From: Azolla caroliniana
Taxonomy: Eukaryota; Plantae; Polypodiophyta
Direction of reading: 5' to 3'
Length of the DNA stretch: 64,000 nt
Assembly (NCBI GenBank): GCA_043228905.1
Contig: JBHGNT010000007.1
Coordinates: 7,130,001-7,194,000, forward strand
Positions 50,170 to 62,599 of this stretch are shown here, piece by piece (position 1 is the stretch's first letter; every line of letters starts with the position of its first letter). Under the pieces are notes generated by a model, which was not told the origin of the DNA, ran no database searches, and saw only the letters and a list, made by a program, of their open reading frames with translations. A program made the position numbers and the translations under genes.

Positions 50170-53053
50170 ATGAATCCAAATGAAGTAGATTTCATCACGT
50201 CCTTGTATGATTCTGAGGATGGTTATGCATCACCATACTCCGCAACCATCGACAAAGACTTGGATTCGTCTGCATCCGAAGACTATGAGTCAGCTTCATC
50301 TGAAGAAGAGGCGGAGGAGGTTGATCCCTTCATGTATTGTTCAACGAGGTATTTTGCGTTCACAAGAGGTATGTACGATTTAATGCTTAAAGATTTATCG
50401 GGTCAAGGGAAGGTAACGTTTGAAACATTAAGCACAATTGCAAGGGGTGCACCTCTTAATTTACATGCATGGCGGCGCATGAAGAGTTGTCTCACGCTTA
50501 GAAATGAGAATGTAATACACCTTAAGGCATCGCCTAATCTTTAGGTTACACACGTAGAGAAATGGAGGGAGATAGTACCGGCGTCACATTGTGGTGCATG
50601 GCACCGTTCTTTGACGAGTTCTCTGACAGAGTTAAAGAGACTTTGGTCCAATGATCTTCGTGACCATGGGATCCCTAGTGCCTATGTGAAAGCAGTGGTT
50701 GACCGATGTGGTTGTCAAGTTGTGTCGAGGTTAACTCCATCTAACATGGAGGGGACAAGTGTCGTGAAATATAAAAAGTCTAGTCCCATAGAAGTGATCA
50801 AGATAGAGGCCCATAAGGTTGATGATACACTCATAGATGTTCAATTGAGGTATCACATACGCTTCCATACAGGGGCCACAAGGGGTGCACATGTGACTAG
50901 GTATAATTGTCACCGATCCGGTGTGGCCAACAAGCAATATCCGTACACTTGACGTAGAAAGTATTCATCCCGATGTGGGTGTACTTTTCATGTGAACGCT
51001 CGAATGAATGACGGGGTTGACCATGGGACAATGACCCTTTCAATATATGGACCTCATACGGGTCATGTATGGGGAAGTAGACCAGATGCGTACTATTTGC
51101 CGGTGGCCCCAAATGTTATAAGTTGTTGCAGAGATGACCTTTTTGATGTTGGATGTGCACGACATGTGGCACGGATGAGCATGCGTAAGGAATCATATCA
51201 TAAGTCCAAGGCTAGTTCAGTAGACCTTGTGAGTTATAGGTTCTTTATGGTACCAAAGGAGGTCCGTAACATGGCCAACAAGTTAAAAATTGGGAGTTCT
51301 ATGTGTGAAGTTGATTGGTCTTTGATTATACAAGATGTCTATGCCCTCTGAGATATTGGGAAGGTGGCTCATGTCATACCCTACTTGCCTGGTGAATATG
51401 GATCTCCCGCAAGGCAACCGTTCATCTTGGTGCTCCAAGATGAATGGATGTTAGAGATGTGTGAGCGATTGTCAATAAACAACTCTTGGGCAATCGACTC
51501 CACGTTTAAAACAAACCAATTTGGCTTGCCATTATATGCAGTTGTGGCCCCAAATGCCATGGGAGTTGGTATCCCATTATGGTACATGATATGTAGTTTT
51601 GATAAGGGGTCTAACCATGAGCAAGTAGCTTTAGAAACTTGCTTGAGAGTCATATTCGCACGGATGCTCAATGTGAGGCCAAATGCCATAGTCATCGATA
51701 AAAGTTCGACATCAAATAATGCCATAAGTAATGTGGATAGTCACAAATGGGCAAAGGTCTCAAACACAATGTTGACTTTTGTTGTGTCAGTTCCATGCAA
51801 AAAAAGCATGGTTGGACAACTTGTTGCCAAAGGTAAGTGCAACTGAGAGAAACCATCTTTATAATCGGATGTGCCAACTCATGCAATGCATTACAGAATC
51901 CACATTCAATGCTCAATGTGAGGAGTTAAAGGTAGAATATGCAAACAAGCCAAGTGTTTGGCAATATATAGAAGGAGGATGATGTGGCTTGACATGTGTG
52001 TGAAGGAAACTGTGGCCCAAATTTGGTAGAATGTTCAACTACGGACATGTTGACACTACCAATCTTGTGGAGAAACATTGGCAATTTATCAAATATACTG
52101 CCTTGAGAGGGAGGATAAACCGATCAATTACCGATCTTGTGCATGTTTTAATCGGGGACAGTCAAACTGGCACTTGGATAGGGGGTACCGTTATTGAATG
52201 GTACAAGCAACAACAAGAAATATGTGAGAGTGGTAGATTTGCACCCTGTGCAAATTGTAGTGATCAAACAACAAGACTTAAAGAGGCCGAAAGGCTACTA
52301 GAGAGGTATGAAACTAATGATGCAACAATGCATATTGTGGACGAGCCCTGATATTGGTTTAAAATATTGAGCTTGACAAAACTGAATGTATGGTATAATG
52401 TATTGCTCCAATGCTCATATTGTGATTGCCAAGACCCTACGAGTAAATGTAAGCATATACTCGACATCAGGTTGATTATTGAGAGGCACATGCCACTTCT
52501 ATGTGGGTCGTTGCCTTTTATAGATCATGCAACCCATATGCGCAATGACCATTTCACAGAGACGGAAGTGGAGACAGAGGTAGAATTGGTGGAGGAGACA
52601 AACCCTATAACATCACAAATGGAGGAATGGGAGTCAAAATTACAAACGGCTGAGGGGGCTATTCAATGTCTTAGGAAAGGGTTACGATCCCTCGACCGTG
52701 CAACAATTTTGGCATGTATGGAGTCCATTGAAGAAATGAGTCAAACGGTGGTATATCACGCAGGTGCACCGAAACCAACCAATGAAGAAGACCGTGGATC
52801 CGTAAGGCGTAAGCAAGCAATTGGTGCAAAAAGGGGAGCATCATTCAACATTTCACAATATCTTATTGGCAGCTCCCCAAACACTTCCAAGGCACACACC
52901 GGAAAAATGCAAAGGGGCGCAAGTCGAGCTCGGAGGCGGTTGCCAATATGTGCGACAAAGAAGATTCGATGCTTGCATTGTGATGCCTTGACCTTTAGAT
53001 CAAGGGACTCAAATGTTGATTGTTGCAAGAATTGTGGCCACATCTTGCCATGA
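50170..53053 (+). pseudogene. MULE DDE transposase with SWIM zinc finger
   Basis: WAIDSTFKTNQFGLPLY, AIVIDK, LCQFH, TTNLVEKHW, SWIM CDC..CKHIL and a C-terminal CxxC..CxxC; multiple stops and a frameshift near 51740. Confidence 0.9.
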
Positions 53054-54088
53054 TCTCCGGATGAGCCATAAACATAGCTTGAGTGGTTTTGCAGACTAGT
53101 GCATTTGGGTTTTCAATGTTTAAAGTGGATTTATGAGTGCATTTGGGAGTATGTCATATGTTGATTTATGTTTTAAGTTTCCTGTTTCAAGTATGTCACA
53201 TGTTGATTTGGGTTTACGATGTTTAAAGTGGATTTACGTTCAAAGGATATCATATGTTGATTTATTTTTCAAGTATGTCATATGCTGATTTATGTTTGAA
53301 GTATGTCATATTTTGATTCATGTTTCAAGTATGTTATAAGTTGATCTCTGTTTTCATAGATAGATATTTTTTTCTTCTTTGTTCTCTCCCCTCCCCCCCA
53401 TCTCTTTGTTTTTTAGGGTTTACTTGGAGATCGGGCGACCTACAAAGGTCAGGGTTGGGTGACCTACAACAGTTGGGCGACTTGCAACGGTCAGAGTTGG
53501 GTGACCAATTGTGGTTGGGCGACCAACGACTCAGAGTTGGGCGACCTCCGACAGGTTTTTTTTCGCGCGATCTTCCTTATTGAAATCTGACGGTGCAGAT
53601 CGCACGCGCCTTCCTCTGAGCGACCTGCACGGTCTGTGGCCGCGATTCCCTCGCCAGCCCTCTTTATGATTTGATGCAGAATAGACACGAGTTGCATCCA
53701 TCCATCCATCCATCATAGGCTATAGCTCCGAGCCATCATCATCATGATCATGCATGCATGCATGCATGCTATAATTCATTCCATGGCATAATGCATCCAT
53801 CCATCCAACCATCATCATAGCTCTGAGGCATCATCATCATCATCACCATCATCAAGCAAGATCCAGTAATATGCCATCGCCATCGCCATCGCCATCGCCA
53901 TCCCCATCGCTGCACGCACGCACGCCTGCACATACATATAACATACATGCCCACCATTCCCTTCGCCTCTGATCTCTTCGGCTTCTTCCTCTGAATCAGA
54001 GAAGCAGAAGCAGAAGCAGATCAGATCTCTTTCTTCTTCTTCTTCTTTCCGTGCTCTTCTTTATTCTTCTTCCCCTTCGCACACGAGG

Positions 54089-57000
54089 ATGAGAGGAGGG
54101 AGATTCCAACAGAAAACCAGTGAAGATGCAACCATCCGCAACGCAGAAGCTCTCTTTGAGAGCAGAACTGTGGTCGAGATCCGCGAAGTAGAAGCTAATA
54201 CTCGCAGAGAAATTGAAGAGAAGAAAGAAGAACTCAGACAACTCGTCGGAGCTAGCTACAGAGATCTCATCGAGTCTGCGGATTCCATAGCTGAAATGAA
54301 GAATTCTTGTGAAAATGTGGCTCTGAACATTCATCGGATCCAGTCTGATTTCGCTTCTTTGAAAGAAAGGTTAGTCATCCAGCATCCTTCTGCATCGCTT
54401 CCATATATAGATCTAGAAAAGAAGAAGAGAGAGAAGATCTATGGTGTTGGAAGCAGAGTTAAGTATGTGGTAGATACTCCCGAAAGGATATGGGGATTCT
54501 TAGATGAACATATGTATCTTGAAGCTGCTCAGAGATACCTTCGTGCTCATGAAGTTCAAACACTGCTTACAGAAAGGGAAGGAAAAGGAGAGAAATTGTC
54601 TCATTTTCCACTTCTTCTACATCAATGGTCTCTTGTAGAGACATTTCAAGGTCAGATCTCGCAAAGAAGCAGAGATAGGTTATTAGAACAAGGTCTGGAT
54701 GTTCAGGAGTATGCCATAGCTCTCGCTGCTGTGGCCGTGATCGACGACCTTAATTCTGCACAGATAATGTCCTTATTTTTTGAGACCAGGAGAGCGTGGT
54801 TGAGAGGCCACCTTCGAACGTTCATGTCTATGAGGAAAGATCAAGGTCCTTTATCTGGAAGCATATCAGGGAATAAAGTAGATACTCTCACTGCCTTGGA
54901 CATCAGTTCGATTGCTTTAGTGCTATCAAAGGCAGCGAATATCATTCAAGTTTCTTTGTGTCAAGCTGGCCAGCTTTTTCTAGAAGTGAATGGGGATTTA
55001 CCACTCTTTTTCAGAACAGTTATGAACTCTCTTCCTGGATCCCAACTGTTTGGTGGGATTCCCAATCCAGAGGAAGAGGTAAAATTATGGAAGCGTCATT
55101 GGGAAAAGTTAGAGTCTAGAACAATCTCTTTGACAGGGGAATTCATCTCTGAGACATGTACATCATGGATCAATACATGTAGATCTAATATTATGGTTGA
55201 GGGCAAAACTATCCTTGAACTTGTGGAATTTTGCAAAGAATTAGAGAGGATAGAATGCTTGATTAGGAGGGAATGTGATAGTAAGAAAGCTCTAGAAGGG
55301 AGCACAGAGTGGCTTGAAAGTGCATTTGGTAAGGCCATAGAGTCCCCGTGGGACTACATGACTGCATTACTATTGAAGGAGCAATTGAATCTATGGAATA
55401 TTCTGTTTGAGGATATTTTTGTTGACAGGGCCAAGAGAATTATGGTCGTCGGATTATCTGTAATCGACACGGAGAATTCCGTCAATGATATATTGAGTTC
55501 TATGATCACTTCACTCTCATCTGATTCTCAAAGCAAGAGTGCTCTGTATTTTCAAGTTCAGGGATTTACCTCCACTGAATCTATGTGGTTTGCCCTCACG
55601 AACAAGGCTGAAGATCTTTCCGAAACAGTTGCAAGATTGCTAGGAAAGATCCAAGAGGAAGATTCCTCCGGGATGTCAGATTCTTACTTGGGTCCTGAGG
55701 TATCTCAATTGAAAGAAGGAATTCATTTAAAATTAAAGTCATTATTGGAGGATGCAACTAGCTTTATCCAGGCACAACAAAATACTGCAAGATCTGAGAA
55801 ACTTACTCCTCACTTGCAAAAGCATTGTTATGAGTGGATGGCACACTTCATCAATGGACTTCTTGTAAAACTCTTGGATCTATCAGATAGCAGTGGAATT
55901 TCTACACCCAAAATTGATGGGTTATTTTCTGTGAAAAGCATTTTAGGTAATAGAAATGAAGTACAGAATAGCAGGATACCTGGTGACTTGGCTGATTTGG
56001 ACACTTTCGAAATTTGTCCATCAGTTGAGAAGGCGCTTCTATTAGCTCGCATTTTTATGGCATTCTCACAACGCACGTGGTCTCTTCCTCTTATACTACA
56101 ATCCTCGAAATCATTGCAATCAAATGAGACAAAAAGTTCTCTTCCATGGTTAGCTTCCTCTGAGCGCAGAAAGTTCTGGTTAGATGTGAATGATTCCACA
56201 GTAGAAGGGCAGAATATAGAGAAAACAAGGTTCAATATGGATCTTCCAAAGGAGGAGAGTCATTCTGAGTTTGGTAAGCTGCAAATGGCTTTGAAGTATG
56301 CTAGTCTGGGGTCTCATTGTATTTGGGTGGAATGGAGCGCTCAAAGACTGATCAAGTCTCTCACAAGAAGCTTGATGAAGGATGATGATCTTGCATCATC
56401 TGCCCCTCTTAAGGTATACATGCTTGTCATTTTTTGTTTACATGCCTTTTTGCATTGCATTGAAGATGTAAAACTTTGTATATGTGGAGTCTATATATTG
56501 ACCATGTAGATCATTCTGTAAAGGGCTGGGAGGAGACTCCCTTAAGGCAAGTCAATGAAGGAGGTGATGAAATTGAAGTGAGGCTACCATTGCCAGCAAT
56601 GCCATCATCATATGTTATTTCATTTCTCTTCAGGAGTTGTCAAGAAATATATCGTATAGGAGGCCATGCTCTTGATAAGGCAGTCCTGCAGCTATTCGCC
56701 TCAAGTTTGCTTGAGAAGGTATCATCGTGGAAAAAAACTCTGAAGTACACTCACATTTTTCTTTATTTCCCCAAATGCCAGGGTTTTTTCCCTCAAATGC
56801 TCTTTCGGTGGTTGGTAAAGGGTATTTTAGGAAATGATGAAAACTTACAAGCATTTGGGGAAGAAAGAAAAACAAGGTTATTTCAGATTTTTTCCCAAAT
56901 CCTTCCAGGTCATGATGAAATTTCTTTGAGAAAAATTCTGAAACTCGGATTCTTGCAGGTTTTACTTGTGTACGAAGATTTTGTTTCAGGATTGGGAACT

Positions 57001-58895
57001 ACAAGGGGTTTAGTTTCAGAAAAGGGCTTGTTACAACTTCTCTTTGATGTGCGTTTTCTAGGAGATGTGCTTGCTGGTGGTGAACATCCCTACCCAGAAT
57101 TGAGTCTTTTCTCATCTGACGAAGTCTTTCTTGCATCTACATTATCTAGTGCAAATGTGGCTCTGTTAAGAAAACTCCTATTTCAGAGTAATAGAACTCA
57201 GCAACATAGAAAGAGGCGGCTTATTAGCTTGAAGGAAAGACTTTCTAGCCTGCTTGATCCAATAGATTGGGCTACGTAAGGATAAGATGTGGAAGCAAAT
57301 ATCTCATTTTTATCAAAGAAATTTCGATTTCCTTTTATTTATACTTTATCCCATGTCATAATGCAGCTATGAGCCACCACTGTGGGAAAATGAACAACAA
57401 GCTTATCAAAAGTGCTCTGTGATGTTAGGATTTTTGGTTCAGTTAAAACATCTTTATCGAGACACAGCCCAAAGACCTCCACTGAATGCTGATCCCAGTA
57501 TCCTTAAGGTCTCAGTATCCATTCCACGATTTACGTATCTTCCAATAAGGTAAGTCCATGTCTCTGCTATCTGGTTATGTATTCATGAAAAGTACTTTGT
57601 AAGCTGTATATTAATGCCCTAAAATTTTCGACTGTAAAACAATCCATTTTGGAGCATAAAATTATTTGGGTGTAGAGCTGTAGAGCCATGTATTGCTGCC
57701 ATTCATAGCAGCAATACTGTTTATTACTGTCTAAAATCTGGTTGAAGGAAAATGTTATTAGTGACATCCATTCAAAGTGCATGAGAGATTGAAAAAGAAG
57801 AAAAAAAGGTTTCAATGTTGTAGGAAGAATTATTCTAAGAAACTTCTATTGACTGCTTGCTTTGCCTCAATATGCTATATGGTGTAGAAAAACAAAATGT
57901 CTGGGTATGCTGTGATTGTGCCATATAGATTTTACAGCATGCTAGATTGATGCTAGTGCAAGAACATTTTAGCTTGCTATTCTTTGCCGTCTCTTTCCAT
58001 TTGATCTCAAGTGTAACCTCAATATGTGCTGTTCTTATATATATTCAAGTCTTTGATTTATTGGCCATTATACCAGAGCTGTGGTTTCGTTCGATCAATT
58101 TCTTACTTCATTGAGATTTGATTTCTTGCTTTTTCAGCACGCCGTCCTTGATGAAGAAGTCACTCCTGAATGAGAATGGAATGAAGTTGAAAACTATAAT
58201 CTCTAGTCAGCATGCTGGTATTGAAGATAACACAAACATTGGATCAATTGGTGGTGCAAAGCCGTTGTTGCAATCCTTCATAAATCAGGTACAATGGATT
58301 CGTCATGATGTTGATGTTGAAAAAAGTGTGTCGCATGTCTCTGTTATGTAACCCTCGGGCTTAATTAGGAACTTTAACCCTCTGTTACTTAACCTAAGGA
58401 TGACATGTAGTTGAGGGAAACTATAACCAACTCAGTGGGAGTATTGACCTATTCTTGATCTTGGTTAATTAGGCACTAGAAATTAGGAAGGGTCATAAGA
58501 AACTAGGAAATAGGAAGGGTTTAATTAGTTGTAAACCCCTGCAATATATGATCATTCCTATTTCACACCCGCAGGTTAATGATTGGTGTCAAATAGGTCA
58601 TGTTGTCCACAACTTTACTTATGACACATCCAATTTTCGAAGGCCTAATGTATTTACCTGAAAGGGTCAACAATTCCCATTTAAGTATTGGAATTTTGGT
58701 ATACTCGTTTTTTCCCAGGTTGGTACTAAGTTTGGAGAAGGAACTTTCAAGCTAGGAGGGTATATGCTGAGTGATAGTCAAGTAAGCCGAATCAAAGATC
58801 GATCAGCTGCGGCAATATCTACATTTGGTGACATCTTGCCGTCTCAGGCAGCGGGTTTACTTTCATCTTTCACAGCAGGATCAACAACATATTAG
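54089..58895 (+). CDS. COG1: conserved oligomeric Golgi complex subunit 1 (6 exons, ~1115 aa)
   Basis: N-terminal [26 protein letters not shown] and VDTPERIWG; [10 protein letters not shown]; [11 protein letters not shown]; C-terminal [15 protein letters not shown]. Exons 54089-56413, 56524-56718, 56959-57275, 57367-57549, 58138-58288 and 58719-58895, all GT-AG, frame preserved (3348 nt). Confidence 0.93.
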
Positions 58896-59989
58896 TACAT
58901 ATGCTTTAAATTTGATATTTCTAATATCATTCCCGGAAAGGCTCTCAAGGGGAGAAATTCTCCTTGTTGAATTTCGAGAAGTTTTGGTGTTTCCTGTATG
59001 GTAAACAAAGCTGTGAAAAGCATCGGTGATAACAAGTCAAGTAAAATTCCTGCGTGCACGAGATAATTAAGGGAACATATATTCAGCGGGACATGACTAT
59101 TGGGTGGAGTTTACAAGAATAAATGACCTTGTATAGGTAATCATAATGCCATCGGCTTGAGTATACCTATTTGTGTTGAGCTTGTACAGAGGCAAATCCC
59201 CGTGAGGCTTGAACTATGGCTATGAAAGTGGAAGTTTTCACTCTCTATTTGTACAAATAGACGCACTGGTGATATTTCTTGCATTTCAATTATCTGAGAA
59301 GAGAAGCTTGTAAAATTCTTGCCAATGTAGTTATTGTCAAAAATGTCACATAAGTTGCGGAACTATATAGTTGGAAGTAAGTGGGATTATTAGTCTCTTT
59401 TGCAGTCTACTTTGTGGACATATGTAAGAGCTCTCATTACATGTTGAATTGAATCCATATGAAGCGAAAGGACATATGAAAAGTTAACTTGTTCATATGA
59501 TGTCACTTTGCAGCATTCCACTGTTTGTTAATCTAACACTTCCATTATCGTAGACAGTTGTATAATTGTGCAATCTTTTGACATCTAAACCATATCCCTC
59601 AGATTATGGGATAAATGCAAAAACCATACCTCATTGTTATAACTTAAAACCGAACAAAATTTGAAGAATTTGATTTGGAATTGGTCTCTACATGAGCTCG
59701 AACCTCTTCTCTGGAATTCTTATAGGTGGTACACTACTTGATTGAAGCACTTGCAATGGTTTTCCTTGGGAGCAATACCTGAGTTGTAATGCGAAGTTGT
59801 TCATATGATGCCACTTTGCTGCATTGCAAGGCTGCTTTCCTGGATTTCCCATGCATTTTTTTAAATATGTACTTGCATGTAAAACAATTCATGTATGTTT
59901 GATATCATATGATAGTTTCAAACACCACTCAAGCCATGTACTCTATGTCATATTCTATTGTTGTACAAAGCTCTAAACACAAACACAAA

Positions 59990-60620
59990 TGTGAAGATGA
60001 TGGAACCTTCACAAATTTAGTGTTGACCATACTAAACCTTCTGAGTATTTCTTCTTGTAGTTTTTTCAACTGAGCCAAAACTTGCCATCTTTCTTATCCC
60101 TAAACATTTGGATACAGAGGATCTTTTTTGGAGCACCAAGATCCTCCACTTCAAATTCACTCAACATGTATTTCTTCTTACCACTTACCAGTAGTTAGAA
60201 TCAATGCATTTAACAACTTCAAAACTAGATGGAGTTTCATCATTGATGACAAAAAGGAAAGAAACCATGTCACGATATCCCTTAGGTGATCTAATAATAC
60301 ATCTTTCTCTACTGGCGGCAAGCATGATACATATCTTGGTGCATCTTGAGTTTGGCCTTTTAATGTGTTATCCATCTCTTTGAACTCACTCAAATTCTTG
60401 GGTTCTCCTGATCTTTTTTATAAGAGTAAGTCTAGTAACTTCTTTCTTCAACATGGGGGTTTCATCCAAGGCAACAAATCTATTGATGACCTTCTTCTTT
60501 GATAAACAATCAAACAATGTATACAATCAGTACTATCTTCTCTTAGACCAACTTGGCCATCTCTAACTTAAAGCAAGCTAGGTCTCCTTCACTTGCTTCT
60601 GATCAAAAGCCGGCAGAGAA
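59990..60620 (-). mobile_element. heavily degraded copia remnant
   Basis: rc gives EFEVEDLGAPKKIL (RT-like) near 60120-60165; the rest is fragmentary. Confidence 0.5.
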
Positions 60621-61129
60621 GTAGCCGTACAGATAGCATAGGTTGCGGCCTATTCTTGCAAAGAAAACAACTTCAAGAATTATAACCCGTAGGTATTGGT
60701 GGGTTCGATCAATCCCTGGAGTTCGCTAGGTGATATCTATACGGGAAGGAGGATATGAAGCTATCCCTACAGAATCCAATCCCTATGGTCCTAGATCGAT
60801 CCCGAAGCACTAGTCCGGTACCTGCTGCAATCAGTCCCTATGGTACTTACAAAAACATTTACGTTTCTAGTTTTAAATTTTACCCTAACCTTGTAGTGTA
60901 TCGATAATGAATGTGGTATTTGAACACACACCCCTTCAAACTAGAACCTTAATCTAGTGCCTTAGACTGACTAGGCCATCTCATCAAATAATGTTCATCT
61001 GAAAAGTTGAAAGTTAGAATTAGGATTTAAAGACTGAGACATTATATAGTCATTTTCTTGGCTTATTCAAACTAGGATTGAGAAGCATAGGCATTTTCTA
61101 ACCAAAATTGTTGAAAAGTTGTCGAACAC

Positions 61130-62520
61130 AACTTCCATTTGTCGAAAAATTGTTTTGATCTAGTCTTCGGAGTACTTTGATTCGAATGAATCGGCTTCCG
61201 ACTTTCATATCCTACTCATCCGAACTCTTGTTCGGCTTTTCGGCTTTTCGGCTTCATGCTCCTTGTTCATCTTGAATGTTGCCATCGTACTTCGAATCAT
61301 CTGGTCCATTGCGATCAACTGATCAGCTACTTCCGTGTTGGTTGCGTATCGGCTGCTTCTGTGTCTCATGTTGTACTCCCCCTCAAGTTTGGCAATGTGG
61401 ATACCGTGAGACCAAGGTCGGATGCGAATTGCCCGAGCTTGTCGATGCCTAAGGCCTTCGTAAAGATATCCGCAACTTGAAGGTGCGTACTAATGTGTTG
61501 TAGGTCGATTTCGCCGGCCTAAACGCGCTCACGAATGAAGTGGTAGTGCACTTCGATGTGTTTAGTCTGCGTGTGAAATACATGGTTGCGAGGCAGGTAG
61601 ATACTGCTCATGTTGTCGCAATATAAGCAAATCAAATCTTTGATGGGTACGCCCAGATCCTTTAGTACGCGCTTCAACCATACGGCTTCGCATGCAATGA
61701 TTGTTGCGCCCCTGTATTTAGCCTCCGTGCTTGACAGTGCGACTGTCGGTTGCTTCTTGCTGCTCCACAAGATTGCTCCGCTACTGAGGGAGAAGACGAA
61801 TCCGTATGTCGATCACCTATCTTCCTTATATCCAGCCCAATCTGCGTCTGTGTACCCTTCGAGTCGAATAAGCGTATTCAACTTGTACATAATGTCGTAA
61901 TCCATCGTACCACTGACATACCGAAGTATCCTCTTAGCGCAATTGAGATGGAGATTTCGCGGGTTTTGCATGAATTGGCTAAGTAGGCCGACAAAATAGT
62001 TGAGGTCAAGTCGTGTGATGGTTAGGTAGATGAGGCTGCCGATCAATTGGCGATATTGAGTTGGCTCGCACTCAGCTGTGCCGGAATCGACATCGAGATT
62101 GAGATTACGGTCAAGAGGAGTAGACACAAGTTTGCACTCGGTCATTCCGAACTTGTAGAGTAAGTTGAGAACGCGGTGTTGTTGAGAGATCAGGATCCCG
62201 TCTGGTGTCTGAATTACTTCGATGCCAAGTAATGGAGCTCCTGCATATCTTTCATTTCAAATATGTCGAATAGCAATGATTTCACTGTATTGACTTTGGC
62301 TAGATTTAGTCCTCCGATTACCAAATCATCCACGTATAGGATGATGACAATTGGGTTGTTCGACTCGTTTTAGATGTACAAGGAGTTGTTCGATTTCAAC
62401 ATTCGAAATCCGATTTGGTGAAGAGAGTGTGTGATCTTCGAATGCCAAGCACGCGGTGCTGGCTTAAGACCGTAGATCGGCTTCTTGCATCGACACATGG
62501 CTTTTGGATGAGTATGTTTC
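61130..62520 (-). mobile_element. copia RT-RNase H fragment with post-RNase H extension
   Basis: [54 protein letters not shown]; no LTR recognised. Confidence 0.88.
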
Positions 62521-62599
62521 GACTCACTTAGGACTGCCATCATCACAAGAGATACATCATCGACATTCTTTGACTTAAAAAAGAAATGTTACTTGTGAA

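Larger units (their letters stand above)
39164..53693 (+). mobile_element. Mutator-like DNA transposon (MULE) with long TIRs, two genes and a nested copia
   Basis: ~150-bp imperfect TIRs (39164-~39322 vs ~53535-53693, shared core AAATCATAAAGAGGGCTGG..GGAAGGCGCGTGCGATCTGCA). 9-bp direct repeat GCATCCATC at 39155-39163 and 53694-53702 (low-complexity flank weakens this). MULE transposase inside. Confidence 0.88.

Noticed and set aside
54089-56509. 806-aa single-exon protein as given in the ORF track
   Set aside because: The ORF runs into intron 1; COG1 homology continues through five further exons.
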